DNA of 64,000 nt from the human T2T-CHM13v2.0 reference genome, Homo sapiens, in the NCBI RefSeq assembly GCF_009914755.1, contig NC_060928.1; one strand, 5' to 3'. Positions 33,253 to 50,201 of the stretch are shown here, piece by piece. The stretch's first letter is position 1; each line of letters opens with the position of its first letter. The notes beneath the pieces were generated by a model that was not told the DNA's origin, did not search any database, and was given only the letters and a program-made list of their open reading frames with translations. The position numbers were made by a program, and so were the translations under genes.

Positions 33253-33715
33253 TGTCCTAGGTCAGAGTCTCCAGAAGCAGCCCCTCACCCATTCATATGC
33301 TAGTGATTTACTAAGGAAGTGTTTCCAGGAGAAATCTGTAAATAGGATAAAGAAGGCAGCATAGAGAAGAGAAAGCCAAGCAAGAGTGATTTTAGGTCAA
33401 GGATTTTACGGTCTCAAGAGGAATCCTGAGTGTAAATTACACTAGAGTTTGTGTCAGCTTGAAGCAAAGTAGCTCAGTGTACAGACTCCTGCTCCAGTTG
33501 ATGGGGGAGGAGTAGTGGTGGTGGCAGTGGTGGGGATTGACCACCCACGCCCTTCAGACATCCAGGCAAAGAGGCTGTAACAGTCCAAAGTAGTCATCTA
33601 AAGAAAGTAACAGGTGCCTGTTGTTAGGGATACAACCCAGAGAAATAAGGGAGTGAGCTCACTGAGCAGGTAGAGAGTTGGAGGCGGTCTGGGTGGAGTA
33701 CCATGACTTTGCTGC
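33253..33715 (-). mobile_element. LTR16-family LTR
   Basis: 'tgtcctaggtcagagtctccagaagcag...tagtgatttactaaggaagtg'. Confidence 0.6.
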
Positions 33716-33815
33716 AGTTTGTCTCTTTTATTATATAAAGTTTCTCTGGATGCTCTATTTAGCAAGCTCCAATACAGTCTTTTGATCCAGACTTACCATA
33801 TAGCCACCTCTTCTA

Positions 33816-34199
<384 letters not shown>

Positions 34200-34702
34200 T
34201 TAGTAAAGTAAAAAGGAGAGAACCATGCTAGGTAGACAACCATCAGACTCTGCCAAAATATATTTCTCATCTTGTGTACTTTAACGTTTGGTCATTTTTT
34301 AAAACAAAAGATTAGAAATTTTATGTAGTATATATTTTCTTTTCTAATTCCATCCAATATATCAAAGTTACAACTTCATTCTGAAACAGAGGTCTGATAA
34401 ATGTCAACCTATATTTTATCTGTATTTTCTAGTTCATAAAAATATTTAACTCTATTCTGTCTATAACTTGTTTTGGTGAATAATGTCAAGTGATACTATA
34501 GGTGATTTTTTTCACTAATTCCTAAACAATTTTCCCAATATTATGTGTGTGTGTGTATACCCATACATACATGCAAACACTGTATTCTATTTGTTGGCTA
34601 TGTGTGCCACTCCAGTGGTCTGTTGATCCTTTTGTCACATTTTAAAAAGTAATGTGGTTTTATAACATATTTTTATTGTGATAGGGCAAGCACCCATCCT
34701 CA

Positions 34703-34994
34703 TTTCTTTTTTTATTTTTCTTGCTTTGTTGTCCAGGCTGGAGTGCAGTGGCACAATCTCTGCTCACTGCAACCTCTGCCTCCTGGGTTCAAGCGATTCT
34801 TCAGCCTCAGCCTCCTGAGTAGCGGGGATTACAGGTGCCCACCACCATGCTCAGCTAGTTTTGCAATTTTAGTAGAGATGGCATTTCACCATGTTGGTCA
34901 GGCTGGTCTTGAACTCCTGATCTCAGGTGATCCACCTGCCTTGGCGGATCTACCAAAGTGCTGGGATTACAGGAGTGAGCCACCATGCCCAGCC
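34703..34994 (-). mobile_element. AluS (Sx-like)
   Basis: Dimer with a short deletion next to the tail. Confidence 0.92.
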
Positions 34995-35879
34995 TCTTTT
35001 CTTTCAAATTAGTATGGGTTTCATAAAATTACTTTCAACATTTATTGATATGATCATGTAATTTTTCTAACTGATCAATTTATATATATGTTATTACTTA
35101 GCTCTGTTACATAACATCTTGAGCTTCAATTTTCTTCCCCCAAAAGAAGGTGTTCAATTAGGTGACTGTCAGGCTCCCATCCAGGTCTAACATTTTATCA
35201 TCCTAAGAATTGTCTGTCTCTGAAGAAGATTCCACATGTTGACCATGTTCAACTCAGTAGTTGTTGCTTTCTGCATGAACCAATAAGTGCCCGTATATAA
35301 GGTGTGAGCTGACAGCACTTCTAGAAACTCAGTAGCCTCTAGTCTTCTTCCTGCCAGTACACTTCACTTTTTCTGACCAGCCTAATAGCGTCCGTTTTCA
35401 TACTCCAAAACTGACATTTCTAAAGAAAAAATAGAGGGAAACAACAACTCAGATCATTAAATAATAATAGTAAAAATAATCAATAAATTACTATGTTGAT
35501 CTATATTTAATCAATAAGTTAAACTTAGAACTGTGCCTGGTACTTATAAACATAACATAATTACTAGCTGTCATATTTTGTTGCTATTTTTAAATTGACT
35601 ATTTCATAATAAATGTTGAGATGGGAGATCTGAATTTATTCATCCTTTAGTTGGTCTCAGTTCACTCTTGCTTCTTATAGAGTTAGGATCTTCTCATTCT
35701 GAGACTCTCTAAAATTTTGTTCTAGTGTTTAGTTTTGTTCTCATGTTTTTTGCACAATGTGGCTCCTAAATGCCAGTCAACTACTTCATCTTGTGCTTAT
35801 CTAAGGAAACAGTTTTCCTTAAAATAGTGAATAAAAGACTTACTATGTTGGATTTAGTGAGAGGTGATATGTCAATTTT

Positions 35880-36545
35880 CAGTAGATCCTTATTATTTGC
35901 AGATTGTACCTTTGTGGATCCACCTACTCACTGAAATTAATTTGTAACCCCCAAATCAATATTTGCTGTGCTTTCACACTCATTCACAGACCTGCAACAA
36001 ACAGTGAAAAACTTTGAGTTGCGCAGTGCGCAAGTTTCCCAGCTGAGGCTGAACCAGGCAATGCTCTGCTGTCTTGTTTCAGTTCTCATATTGCCAACTG
36101 TCCTTTCTGAGATCAATTTAGTGCCATGTTTTGTTTGTTTTTTTTTTTTTTGCATTTTTGTGCTCTTGTTGGTGATTTTGCTGTTTAAGATGCCCTTCAA
36201 GCACAGTGCTGAAGTGTTGTTTAGTGTTCCTAAGCTCAGAAAGTCTTTGATGTGCCTTACAGAGAAAAAAAATGTGTGTTTGGTAAGCTTTGTTCAGGCA
36301 TGAGTTACACTGCTGTTGGCTCTAAGTTCAATGTTAATGAATCAACAATATATATTAAAGAAGGTTTCTTTAAACAGAAACACATAGGAAACAAGGTTAC
36401 ATCTCGATTATGAAAATGTTGTGACCAGAGGCTTGAAGGACCCTAACCTGGTATGTCCTCTAGGAGCAATGGCTCAGGATTTGCTAATTTACTGTTTGCA
36501 GTAACTTTATAGAACATACCTACCACAAATAATGAGAATCAAGTG
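35880..36545. mobile_element. MER82 (TcMar-Tigger), near full length
   Basis: TIRs cagtagatccttattattt / aaataatgagaatcaagtg; internal 'tttgtaacccccaaatcaata', 'cccagctgagg'. Confidence 0.82.
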
Positions 36546-36895
36546 TCCTTTTCTACGGAATATTCCAGGATTATTTGGGCTACTTGGGAATTTCAACCTT
36601 GAGAGTATTCGTGCCACTCCCCGCTCCCCAAAGATGGGACTCCCCTGTATCTTACTTGATCGTGAAACAAGAAGCATTTACTATGCCTTCTTTCTTGAGG
36701 TCATTTAGACCTTGTTATTTAAAAGTCTAGTGAGGGGGGTTCATTGTTTAATTTTACAATGTCATATATTCAGTTTCATCCTTAAAAAACAATGACTTGT
36801 ATTAGGAGTACTGAATATAGTTTTTAGGGAGGGAAGTAAAATTGCACTCTGATTAATGATGTTATGGATTTCTCAGTGACTTAGGAAAGCATTTT

Positions 36896-37181
36896 CTTTT
36901 TCTTTCTTTCTCTTTTTTTTCTTTTTTGAGCCAGAGTCTCTCATTGTGTCACCCAGGCTTGGAGTGCAGTGGCACAATCTCCGCCTCTTGGGTTCAAGTG
37001 ATTCTCCTGAGTCAGCCTCCCGAATAGCTGGGATTGCAGGTGCACACCACCACACCCAGCGAATTTTTGTATTTTTAGTAGAGACGGGGTTTCACTATGC
37101 TGGCCAGGCTGGTCTCAAACTCCAGACCTCAAGTGATCAGTCTGCGTTGGCCTCCCAAAGTGCTGGGATTACAAGTGTGAG
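36896..37181 (-). mobile_element. AluS with a short internal deletion
   Basis: Dimer flanked by aaagcattttctt / aaagcatttt. Confidence 0.9.
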
Positions 37182-37209
37182 GAAATGGTTAGAAAAGCAT
37201 TTTCTTAAT

Positions 37210-37405
37210 GATAAAAATAGTTGCCATTAAGTTCTACCGTGTTCCAAGCACTGTACTAAACACTTTAGATACATTATTTTATTATCTTCACAACAACCCT
37301 GCAAAATAGGACTTGTATTAATTTCACAAATGAGCATCTGCAGATCAGGGAGCTAGATTTAAATCCACGTCTATTTGACCTTAAAGTCCAGGCCTTTCTA
37401 CTAAA
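37210..37405 (-). mobile_element. MIR SINE
   Basis: 'caagcactgtactaaacactttag...cttcacaacaaccctgc'. Confidence 0.7.
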
Positions 37406-40400
37406 GCATTTGCCATAGGCACTAAAAGTTCATGTTAACTGTTCTTCCTTTTGTATACCGAACAAAGCACATTAGGAGAACATGAATCAAGTTTACTCAT
37501 CTGAATTGAATGTGTCACATCAGCATCATCTTGACTCAAGGATGGCAAACAATGTAATGAGCATAAGACAGAATCTACAAATTTGACTCATGGTTTGTTA
37601 CTTTAACCAAGAAAGAGAACTGTACAGGAGAGAAAGAGAAAGCCACCCACCAGACCATCTATTTTTCTATTTTAATTAATAATTAAGTATAATACACAAA
37701 TACTTGTCTAATATCTACATTTCATAACCTGAAAAAAAATCACATAATTCCAGAAATATCACCTTTATAAAGCTCCAGCATGCACTGACAAGGCAACTGC
37801 ACTTGCTATGTCAAACACATAAAACAGATTCTTTCTGCCAAAACTCTCCGGGTAATGGTAATTAAATAGATGTTTGGTTACTCCTATCCTATATTCTGCA
37901 CTAAGTTGATTAACCTGTTTAATGAGTATATGAGAATGACCAAAGCTGACCTCACATCAAAGAGCCCCATTGTTGCTGTGTGCTGACCTGAATTTTAATT
38001 GTGCACTAGGTTCTTTAATTGCACCAGGGATGTGCTAGAGAATAGAGTAGATATTTTAAGCGGCAGTGGGTTTCTTGTCCCAGATGTGTTCAGTTACTTG
38101 TAACATGCAGTATTAGATGCTGATTTGCACATCCAGGCTCTGAACACTCTCCATCTTTGCAAAGATTCGCAGTTTAACAGTTATGTTTGTTGCAATTGGC
38201 AGTGGTGATTAGTTCATATGGTAAAACTTACCTTCATGTATTATTAAACATCACAAAGGAGTTGAGAAAAAAAGAGTCTGTAAATGAGTCAACAGTGAAT
38301 AAATTCAGATCTAAACAGTCTTTGGGTCTCCATTAAGGCCTCCCACCTTGGTCTTCAGCCTCCATGAGAATCCTTAAAGGCTGATGTGTTTTCTTTATTG
38401 AGCACTGTCAGCAAGGACCAATTGTTACTTCAATCTACAAGTACCAGGTGGTAGACAATAGGAAGCTAGTTCTTAAGTGATAACATTGATTTTTTTAAAG
38501 AACCCCAAAACTCAATAATATTGACTGCAGTCTTCTAACCAATTCTCCTTTAGTTTATTTTTGTAAGCAACTTGAAGAGGGTATTTTAGCTAACCACTTG
38601 TGAGAAGATGAAGATGTTCTGAACTCATTTTTCATAGCAGTACTTTTTTTTTAAACATTGAAGGTCATACACTTCTGCTGCTTAAGCCTTAAAAAATAAG
38701 TATCTTGAATTTTTTTGCAACAAGTTTTTTGGTGGGGGGAGGTGCATATATAAATACAGATAAATAAAGTACTGCTGGAGGTGTAAGGTGAGCCCAGTAA
38801 GGATAGGAAGGGGCTCAAATGACTTCTATCCTCCACTGTTTTTTTATCTTCTGTGACATCAGTTCCCCTGCTGTAAAATGGCATCTACTCCAGGATGGAT
38901 AGCAGGGGTGTGAGCAGTGGGCATTGCAGTGGGTCTTAAAGGAATCATACGGAGTCCGTGGTGACCAGAGTGTGTATACGTCTCCGATTTGCCTAATCCC
39001 AGCAGTCTTGGATTCTCAAAGCTGTTTTCTTTTACTATTTTTTTTTCTCCTGCTGCCTGTGTTGCTCATGTAGTTTCTTGTCCTAACACTAACTTGTACT
39101 ATGACCTTAGGGCACTCATTTAACTACTTTGGGCCTCAATTTCTTTATTCGTAAAATGAAGATTAGGACATTTTCTCCAAAGCTTGTTCCAGTAAATGCA
39201 TTGTCTGCTATTTTGTGGTAGTTTTGTCAAAGTATTTTGCTAAGATGGTTAAACTATTTCCTAAAATCCCTTTTCTTTTTTGAGGTATCTTTGGATTTTA
39301 TTTCATGTACCTCCACAAACATTTAAAGGACAAACCCAGTCTATTGATTGTGGATGGTTTTATGGATAGATAAAGTAATTGGACTCCAGATAGTCTCAAA
39401 ATGATATTGGGGTTTTCTCCCCCAGAATTGTGGTTAATTTTCTGAAGAGAAGTATCTATGTTGTGCATGCTGGTACATTATCACAGCCAGAAACAGGCCA
39501 CATTAGGAAAATCAGGAAAGATGGGGCAGTAAAGGTGTTTGTGTCGTTGGCAGAATCCCGTTAGTGGTAATTCTGTCTCTAAATAGAAAGCACTATATGA
39601 TTTTATTGTTCAGGGAAGATTGCTAGCACATCAGCTGGGCCTCTTCTTCACACAATAAGTCAGCAGGTGGCTAAGGAATTTTTGTTCCTCAGTATGTCTG
39701 GCTAGCACTAATCCTATGTCTAAGTGGATAGTATTATGTGTTCACTGTGTTGACTGGAATGCCCCGCAGTGGGGCCTACTGTAGATGTTGACAACAGCAG
39801 CAGAGGCACAGACACATTCTAGGCAGACAGTGTCTGCATCACCTTTCTTAGGACTGCTCAGCTGAGGAACGGTCCTTAGGCAGATGGTGGCAGTGGGGGA
39901 TGGGAGGGAGTGCTGAGGACGGAGGGGACAGAAAGAGAGGAAACTCAGGGTTCACTGAGGCCAGTGAGATACAGGCCCCTCTTAGGAGGCAACTATCCCA
40001 TAAATTACCTGTCCCATAAACTACTGTGAGTAGTCTTTCTTCATCATGATCAAAATTTTCTTTTGCTGGCTTTTTACATTTTTTCATCCTCTATGTCTGC
40101 ATTCCTTCAGGTTCATATTTTGGTTCCAACCTAACTAGAAGTAGGGAGGCAGCATCAGCGTTCTGGATGTCTGGCCACTGGTCCGCATGTTTCCTCATGC
40201 CCTGTGCAGAGTGAACAGCAGTCTGCCAGGGACCATGCCCCTCCGCAGCAGCCCTCCCCAGGAGGGCTCAGGAAGCCCCAAGGGACTTACAGTAAAGGGA
40301 GTGGAGGTTTTGATCTTAACTCACATCTTAAGTTTCTGCTCTTAACCCAGTAAGCTGGTTGAGGAAAAGCGTCTATGCCTAAGCTGAGAGGAGGGTAGGT

Positions 40401-40986
40401 AGAGAATGTAACTTATATCAACAGGAATGCAGGAAGAGGCACCATTAGGCTCCACAAAACACTAGTTCTGGAATCAAACTTAGATTTCATACAGCTGCAG
40501 TGCTTATTATTACACGGTAATAATTGTAGGTTTGAGGAACAAATAAATATTTTACCAAAATTATGTTTGGTTGTTTTCTCCCATTTGGAAAAGATGGGTT
40601 AGGCGTGGCTGAGTTGTGAGGCCTCTCAGGCAGCAGGTTTTAGAATTAGTTCCTTACCTCTGAGGAGTTCAGCCTTGGTTCAAGTCACACTTATTTGTGG
40701 GTGAATAACTCAACAAAGTTTCTTGATCTCTTTGAGCCTCAAGCTCCTCATCTGCAACCTGGACCTAATGACATTAGCTATAGAAAATGGCCACTTTGAA
40801 GATACAAGAAGAACCTTTGTGAATATGTGATAAAGTGCTATATATATTTCAGTCTTTTCCCTAGCCACAGTAAATATATAATGATTCTATTATGCACATG
40901 TTTTTGTATTAGTTTCATTCTAGGCTCCATTTTTGGTCTCTATTTTTGTTTTCTTGTTTCTCACTTCCAGTTTATAAATCTGCTGA

Positions 40987-41040
<54 letters not shown>

Positions 41041-41129
41041 TATGTATATATATGTGTGTATATATGTATATATGTATATATGTATATATGTGTGTGTATA
41101 TATATATATGTGTATATATTATATATATA
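40987..41129. repeat. Compound (TA)n/(TG)18/(TATG)n microsatellite
   Basis: Direct inspection. Confidence 0.95.
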
Positions 41130-41699
41130 GTATTTGGGAAAAGACAGAGTATGTATAAATAATTGAATAAGATTCAACCATTTTTCCAGTGGAGCACTAA
41201 AAGAATTAGAAAAATATGCTAATTCCAACCTTCACCACTTTACCACAACCCAAGATCAGCCCTGCTAGCTTATACCGACCTCAATCACTGAATTATGTTA
41301 TGTCAGGCATCATCTGTGGCCCCTTACTTACTGTCACTTTCTAGGGGAGATGATACTTGATCAGTGTTTACTCGACTGAAAAGGTCAGCTATGTTGGTCA
41401 CCTTGTATAGTCCAGCATGGACAGATCTTAGCTTCAGGCCATGTATACTCCAGGGCCGCCAGGTTGGTGTGCTCTTTCCCCGATGCCATCACAGGCTGTC
41501 TTTCTGTGACAATATCTTTCAGTTCACACTGGAAAGGCCAGGAAAGCCATTCATTTATTCCATAAACAGTTAATGATTTACCAGTTACTGTGGCAGGCAC
41601 TCTGGGTGATGTAAGAATAGATAAGAGATGGGCCTTTCTTCTGGGAATGTGTAGTCCAGTGGAGAGACAACTATGTAGGTAACTAAGCAGTTCAATGGT

Positions 41700-41905
41700 A
41701 GGGTGCTTTTGTGCATAGCCCCTGGAGCTGGCCTGCTCTGTCACTTACCAGCTGAATGATCTTCAGCACTAACTTCTACGTGCCTCAGTGTCCGTATCTA
41801 TAAAATGGGAATAATTATGGCACTTAACAAATAAGGTTGTGGTGAGGGTTACTTGAATTATTACACATAAAACAGTGCCTGGTATCACAGCCAGCCCTAG
41901 ATAGA
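41700..41905 (+). mobile_element. MIR SINE
   Basis: 'gcctcagtgtccgtatctataaaatgggataat...aacagtgcctgg'. Confidence 0.75.
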
Positions 41906-42372
41906 GGATGATGATGGTGGTGGTGGTAGTGATAGTGCTCCAAGTGGGAGCCCGAGGAAGGCATATCACTTTTATCCAGGAGGCAAGGGAGGGCACCGAA
42001 ACATGATCTTACTGGGCAGGGGAGAGGGAGTGCCCTTCAGGTGGAGGATGCAGCACATGGACACCGTTAGAATGGAGAGAAGGATGTTCTGAGAATTTTT
42101 TAGTCAGGCAGGAACTGTTCCCAGCTCCTGAATTCTGAGCTTGGTGACAAAGTGGAAACAAGCATGACGTTTCTATCTCAAGGACATTTTGTTTGTTACC
42201 ATGAGAGAAAATTGACTGGGTGGAAAAATATGGTTGTTAAATAACTGCGTTTGTTCAATAGACATAATCCATGCTGACAGTGGCAGGGAGGTTGATAACA
42301 AAAAGCACTTATCTAGTTAACTTCAGATTGGGAAAAAACTTGTTAAAAAAATAAGTATCTAAACAAATCTGA

Positions 42373-44354
<1,982 letters not shown>

Positions 44355-44400
44355 TACTTAAGAAAAAAAAAGTCCCAGGAAGGCTCACAACTCACAGTCA

Positions 44401-44869
<469 letters not shown>

Positions 44870-45668
44870 TTACTAAAAATAAAACCAATGACAGGTAGCA
44901 AGAAAAAGCCCCACTTAACTTTAGCTGATGTAAACAAGTATATTTAAGAAGTGTACGTAAACAAGTTTATTTAAATATAATTCAGCATATTCTCCTCGAA
45001 AACATTGAATTCCCAAACAGAATAATAAGTTTAAAATTAATGTGGTTTATTAACAATTAAAAATGATAACACAAGCTGAAGAAGATTGGAGGTGAAATGT
45101 TGAGTTTCCTTTGATAGGTAGAGTAATTACAAAGTGTGCTTTTGAAGTTCAAGAAGACAGCCTTAGGACACAACATTTTTAAAGTAAAAATTGGCTTGCA
45201 CTCTGTTCAAGTGATTTATTTTGCACTAAGAAATGGGTGTGAGACATGATGTGATTTAAAATTTCATCCCTTGATGGAACTGCTTGAGGGTGACATGAAT
45301 TTTTTTCTTTTTTCTTTTCTCAGCCTGCTCGGCCTATGAAGTTTCCTATCTAAAAGTTAATCTTCTGAAATTACTTAGGAATGTAAGGAAACCTAATCTT
45401 TTGGTGTGTAAACAAAAAGGACTAAGTATATCACTCCCCCTCTGACACCCAGGAGCCCAGAAGTGGGGTGCCTGCTAATTAATTACCTTCAGAAAACTGC
45501 ACCTTTACCATCTTTCTCTGTCTAAGAAGGCTTGAAAGATGTGGGGAATTGAAGAGGGGAGGTAGAATGTACTCAAAGAAGAAAGTTCAAAGGAACTGGG
45601 ATTTAGTTAAAATAGAAGGCTAGATTATCAAGGGAACAGGGAGGGCATTGAGGGACAGAAGACAAATG

Positions 45669-46002
45669 CAGTCATGTATCACTTAACAATGGGGGATACC
45701 TTCTGAGAAATGACGGTTAGGCGATTTTGTCATTGTGCAAACATACAGTGTACTTGCACAAACCTAGATGGCATAGCCTACTACACACCTAGGATATGTG
45801 GGATGGTCCTCCTAGGCTACAAACCTGTACATCAGGTTATGTACTGACTACTATAGGCAATAGTAACACAGTGGTAAGTATCTGTATATCTAAATGTGTC
45901 TAAACATAAAAAAGGTACAATAAAAATACAATATTACAATCTTATGGGACCACTTTGTATATGCAGCCTGTCTTGACCAAAATGTCATGTGGTGCATGAC
46001 TG
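45669..46002. mobile_element. Tigger3a-like (TcMar-Tigger) MITE
   Basis: TIRs cagtcatg / catgactg followed by TA; 'aacctagatggcatagcctactacacacctagg'. Confidence 0.85.
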
Positions 46003-46165
46003 TAGTAGTTTGAAAAACTGGCTGATGGCAAATATATTTCACTTATTTTAGCGAGTGCTTTTTCTTTATTTCTACAAATGGAAAGAAATGCATTTAACCA
46101 CCTTTAAAGTTTTCAATAGTCTATTGATGTAAGGAAAAATGATACTTGAAAAAAATGTGTCTGTT

Positions 46166-46880
<715 letters not shown>

Positions 46881-47959
46881 AAATACATATATAATGGCAA
46901 GTTATTGACTGGATTGACTGTGGTAATCACTGTCCCCCACCTGTGGGGGAGGGAGGGAGTTGTAGTTTGTGGCTAGGGACCTTCACCATTTACCCTGTAT
47001 GCTCCTCTTTTGTATATACTGCTAGCGTAATAGAAGCGAATAGAAAATGATTTTCATAAAATATTGATTGCTCTCATAACCAATACTTCCTTCCCTCTTT
47101 TCAACTGAGCCCAAGCCCTTGAAGTAGCATGGCTCAATGCAGAGAGTATTGGACTAGGAACTAAAACTTGTCTTTTCATCCTGGTTTGACCTTTAAAAGA
47201 CTGACTACCCGAGAGCAAGTTATTTAATTTCTCTGAGTGTTAGCATCTTTGTATGTCAAATGAAGATACATAGATTTTATCTCTAAGGGTCCAGATGGTT
47301 CTAACCTTTGCATTTTTAATTATTTCTTATATCATTCAATACATTTACCATCTGCAGGAGATCAGAGCAGTCACACAAAGTATTCTGTGAAGTCTCAAAT
47401 TATCCCATTTATTACTCATTTTATTTCAAAATGTTTTGGAAATGTTATGGACCTGAAATTCATAGTCAGTGTTGATAATTATAAAACTTGGGTGGGTTGA
47501 AAAAAATCGAGCTTTGGAAGTTGGCTAAAAAAAGGTCCAGAAGATGTTGTCTGACTAGCTCTGTTCCCTGCAGGGTGCATTGATTTGCTGGCTCACGGGT
47601 GGTATGTGTGACAAGGGGCCTGGGACCTGGGCCTTTGGGAGCTTTCCCACGCCACCTAGGTTTATGTATTGGCTTGAGAGCTGCCCTGAATATCAGTCTG
47701 CACTAGTATGATTCTAGTCTCTGACCAGGGAAATTAGGAGTTTGGTTCCTAATAAAAAATAAATTATTTCATTATTTTTATTTTTAAACTACAAAATAGT
47801 AGATGTTTATTATAGAAAATTTAGTAAATACAGATGAGCAAAAAAGAAAGATCACTGATGTTAAAGTATAGAATTTTCCACTTTTTGTTGTTGTTCATTT
47901 TCTATGTATGTAAATGAACATATGGATGTTTTAAGTGACATATGTTGGCTCTTGAGACT

Positions 47960-48200
47960 GGGGCACAGCATAGACTCAGAGTGTAGACTCTAGAGCCAAA
48001 ATGTTCACGTTGGAATCCTGGCTCTATCCCTCACTAACTGTGTGACCTCGGGCAGTTCACCCTGCCACTTTGTGCCTTAGTAAAAAGAGGATGATAGAGT
48101 CTACCTTGTAAGGTTATTGTGACAATTCAGTGAGTTAATATGTATGAAATCCGTATAGAACAGTGCTTGGCACACAATTCAATGAATGATAGCTATTTTT
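47960..48200 (+). mobile_element. MIR SINE within an L1ME-like fossil
   Basis: 'gaatcctggctctatccctcactaactgtgtgacctcgggcag...tagaacagtgcttggcaca'. Confidence 0.78.
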
Positions 48201-48974
48201 TTGTATTCCATTGTATATTGATGCACTGTAGTTTACTAATATCTTACTGTTGGACATTCAAGTGGCTTCTAATTTTTCACAACTGAGATGATATTTCTTA
48301 TAGGTTATAACTTTATATACATTCTCAGGATAAATTCTAGACATGGAATCATTTAGTATTCACATATTAAGGTTCTAAATATATATTATGAAAATTAAAG
48401 TCTTCTTTACATATAGCCAAATGAGCATCCACTAAGTGCGCAAACACGTCCCATCTCTCCCTCTTATCAATGCTGGTAAATGGGTTGGGCTTTCACATTT
48501 TCTTATCAAAATGAGAATTCCATTTATTTCCATAATATATACAAATCTATGCTCTTTATCTTAAATGCAGAATAAATGCCCTGAGATATTATTAAACTGT
48601 GAAAATTAATTAAATCTTAAGGCAAACTTTTTTTTTCCGGAGAGTAATTCACCAGGCTGTGCCTAGGCATGGATATACATCCATGGTAAGCAATTCACCC
48701 CCAGCCTCACTACTAGGCAAAAGCAGTAAAAGAGACACAAACTGCAGCTCCTTCAAGGTGGAGGGCAAGAAGGCCTCCCGCCTCCGCTCCTCAGCCTTAT
48801 TGGACCTACAGATTCTGATCCTTCCTCATGGCTCTGAGGCAGACCCTTTCCCAGCCTTGGAAGAAGATGCTGTCATCACCCCTGCTGGCTTGTGACTCCA
48901 TCTGAGAGGTGTGTTCACTCAAATCATGGCCAGTGTGGCAGGGACGCTGATGAGGGAACACCACCATGGGCAGT

Positions 48975-49352
48975 GTGTCAGCCAGGTTCTCCCACAGACC
49001 CAGAACCAGCAGGGGACTGGAGACTCTCCACAGGCACCGAAGCTGCTGTTCTCAAGTGAGTTTTCTTCTTCTGCAGGGAAACCTGAGTTTTGCCCTTAAG
49101 GTCTTCCAACTGAACTGATTGATGAGAACCTCACAGTAACAACTAGATTAGTGTTAAAATTTTTTCTTTTAGAAACAGGGTGTTACTATGTTACAGCCCA
49201 GGCTGGATTCAAATTCCTGGGCTCAAGCAATTCTCCCACTTTAGCTTCCTAAATAGCTGGGACTACAGTGTGGGCCACTATGCCCAGCTTAGTGTTTGAT
49301 TTAATGACTGGGTGCATTAGCCTGGCCAACTGATACATGACTGGCCATCACA
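48975..49352 (-). mobile_element. MLT2-like ERVL LTR remnant, split by a FLAM
   Basis: 'cagggaaacctgagttttgcccttaaggtcttccaactga', 'ctagattagtgtt', 'tagcctggccaactga...ccatcaca'. Confidence 0.6.
49160..49289 (-). mobile_element. FLAM (Alu monomer)
   Basis: Single monomer flanked by tagtgtt. Confidence 0.85.
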
Positions 49353-49809
49353 GGCAGTCACAAGAAGAAGCAGTGTTCATGAAGGGTGACCTGAGTCCTG
49401 CTCCCATCAGGTCTCTAAGCCCCCTTTGAGTGCCATACCAGGCAATGTACATGATTTCTGGGCTGATGTAGAGCTGCCCTTAGCCAGCTCTTCTTCTGAG
49501 AGAAGACAGTGCTAAAATCTCTGCATAGAAAGGCATAAGGGAGCTTGTTATTCCTATTTTCATGTAGGGTGATTTGGAAATCATAGATCATCAGGGTCAT
49601 GTAATAAATGATTTCAGAAGGAGGTCTGAAATATCCACTCTAAAGACTATGGTGGAGGGGGCCAGAGGATTAATCATGGTATAACTCAGTGATTCCAAGT
49701 ATAATTCCAAGGTGAGTTGAGAGGAACACTAGTTTCATGGGATAGCAAATAATAGATGCAAGGTGAAGATTCTGAGGTAAAAAAAAATGTTTAAGAAATT
49801 CTGGTTTAA

Positions 49810-50075
49810 CATCAACAGTAGACTGGATAAAGAAAATGTCATACATAGACACTGGAAAACTATGCAGCCATAAAAAAGAATAAGATCATTTCCTTTACAG
49901 CATCATGGATGGAGCTGGAGGCCATTATCCTAAACAAACTAACACAGGAACAGAAAATACTGCATGTTCTCACTTATAAGTAGGAGCTAAACCAAGAAAA
50001 CACATGGATACTAAGAGCAGAACAACAGACATTGGGGCCTACTTGAGGGTGGAAGGTGAGAGGAGGGAGAGGAGC
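49810..50075 (+). mobile_element. Primate L1 fragment truncated at both ends
   Basis: 'gactggataaagaaaatg...ggagctggaggccattatcc...tgttctcacttataagtaggagctaa'; no polyA. Confidence 0.9.
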
Positions 50076-50201
50076 CTTTTTAATAGGTTAATGTACTAAA
50101 GAGAGTAGTCTCTTTAGTTTAATAGGCTAATGTACTAAAGAGGAGCCTCTTTAATAGGTTAATGTACTAAAGAGAGGAGTCTCTTTAATAGGTTAATGTA
50201 C
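50068..50201. repeat. Imperfect tandem repeat, 4 copies of a ~32-39 bp unit
   Basis: Core tttaatagg(t/c)taatgtac at 50079, 50118, 50150 and 50184. Confidence 0.9.

Noticed and set aside
50068-50201. Regularly spaced repeats resembling a CRISPR array
   Set aside because: The intervening sequences are themselves related, there are no cas genes, and the context is eukaryotic
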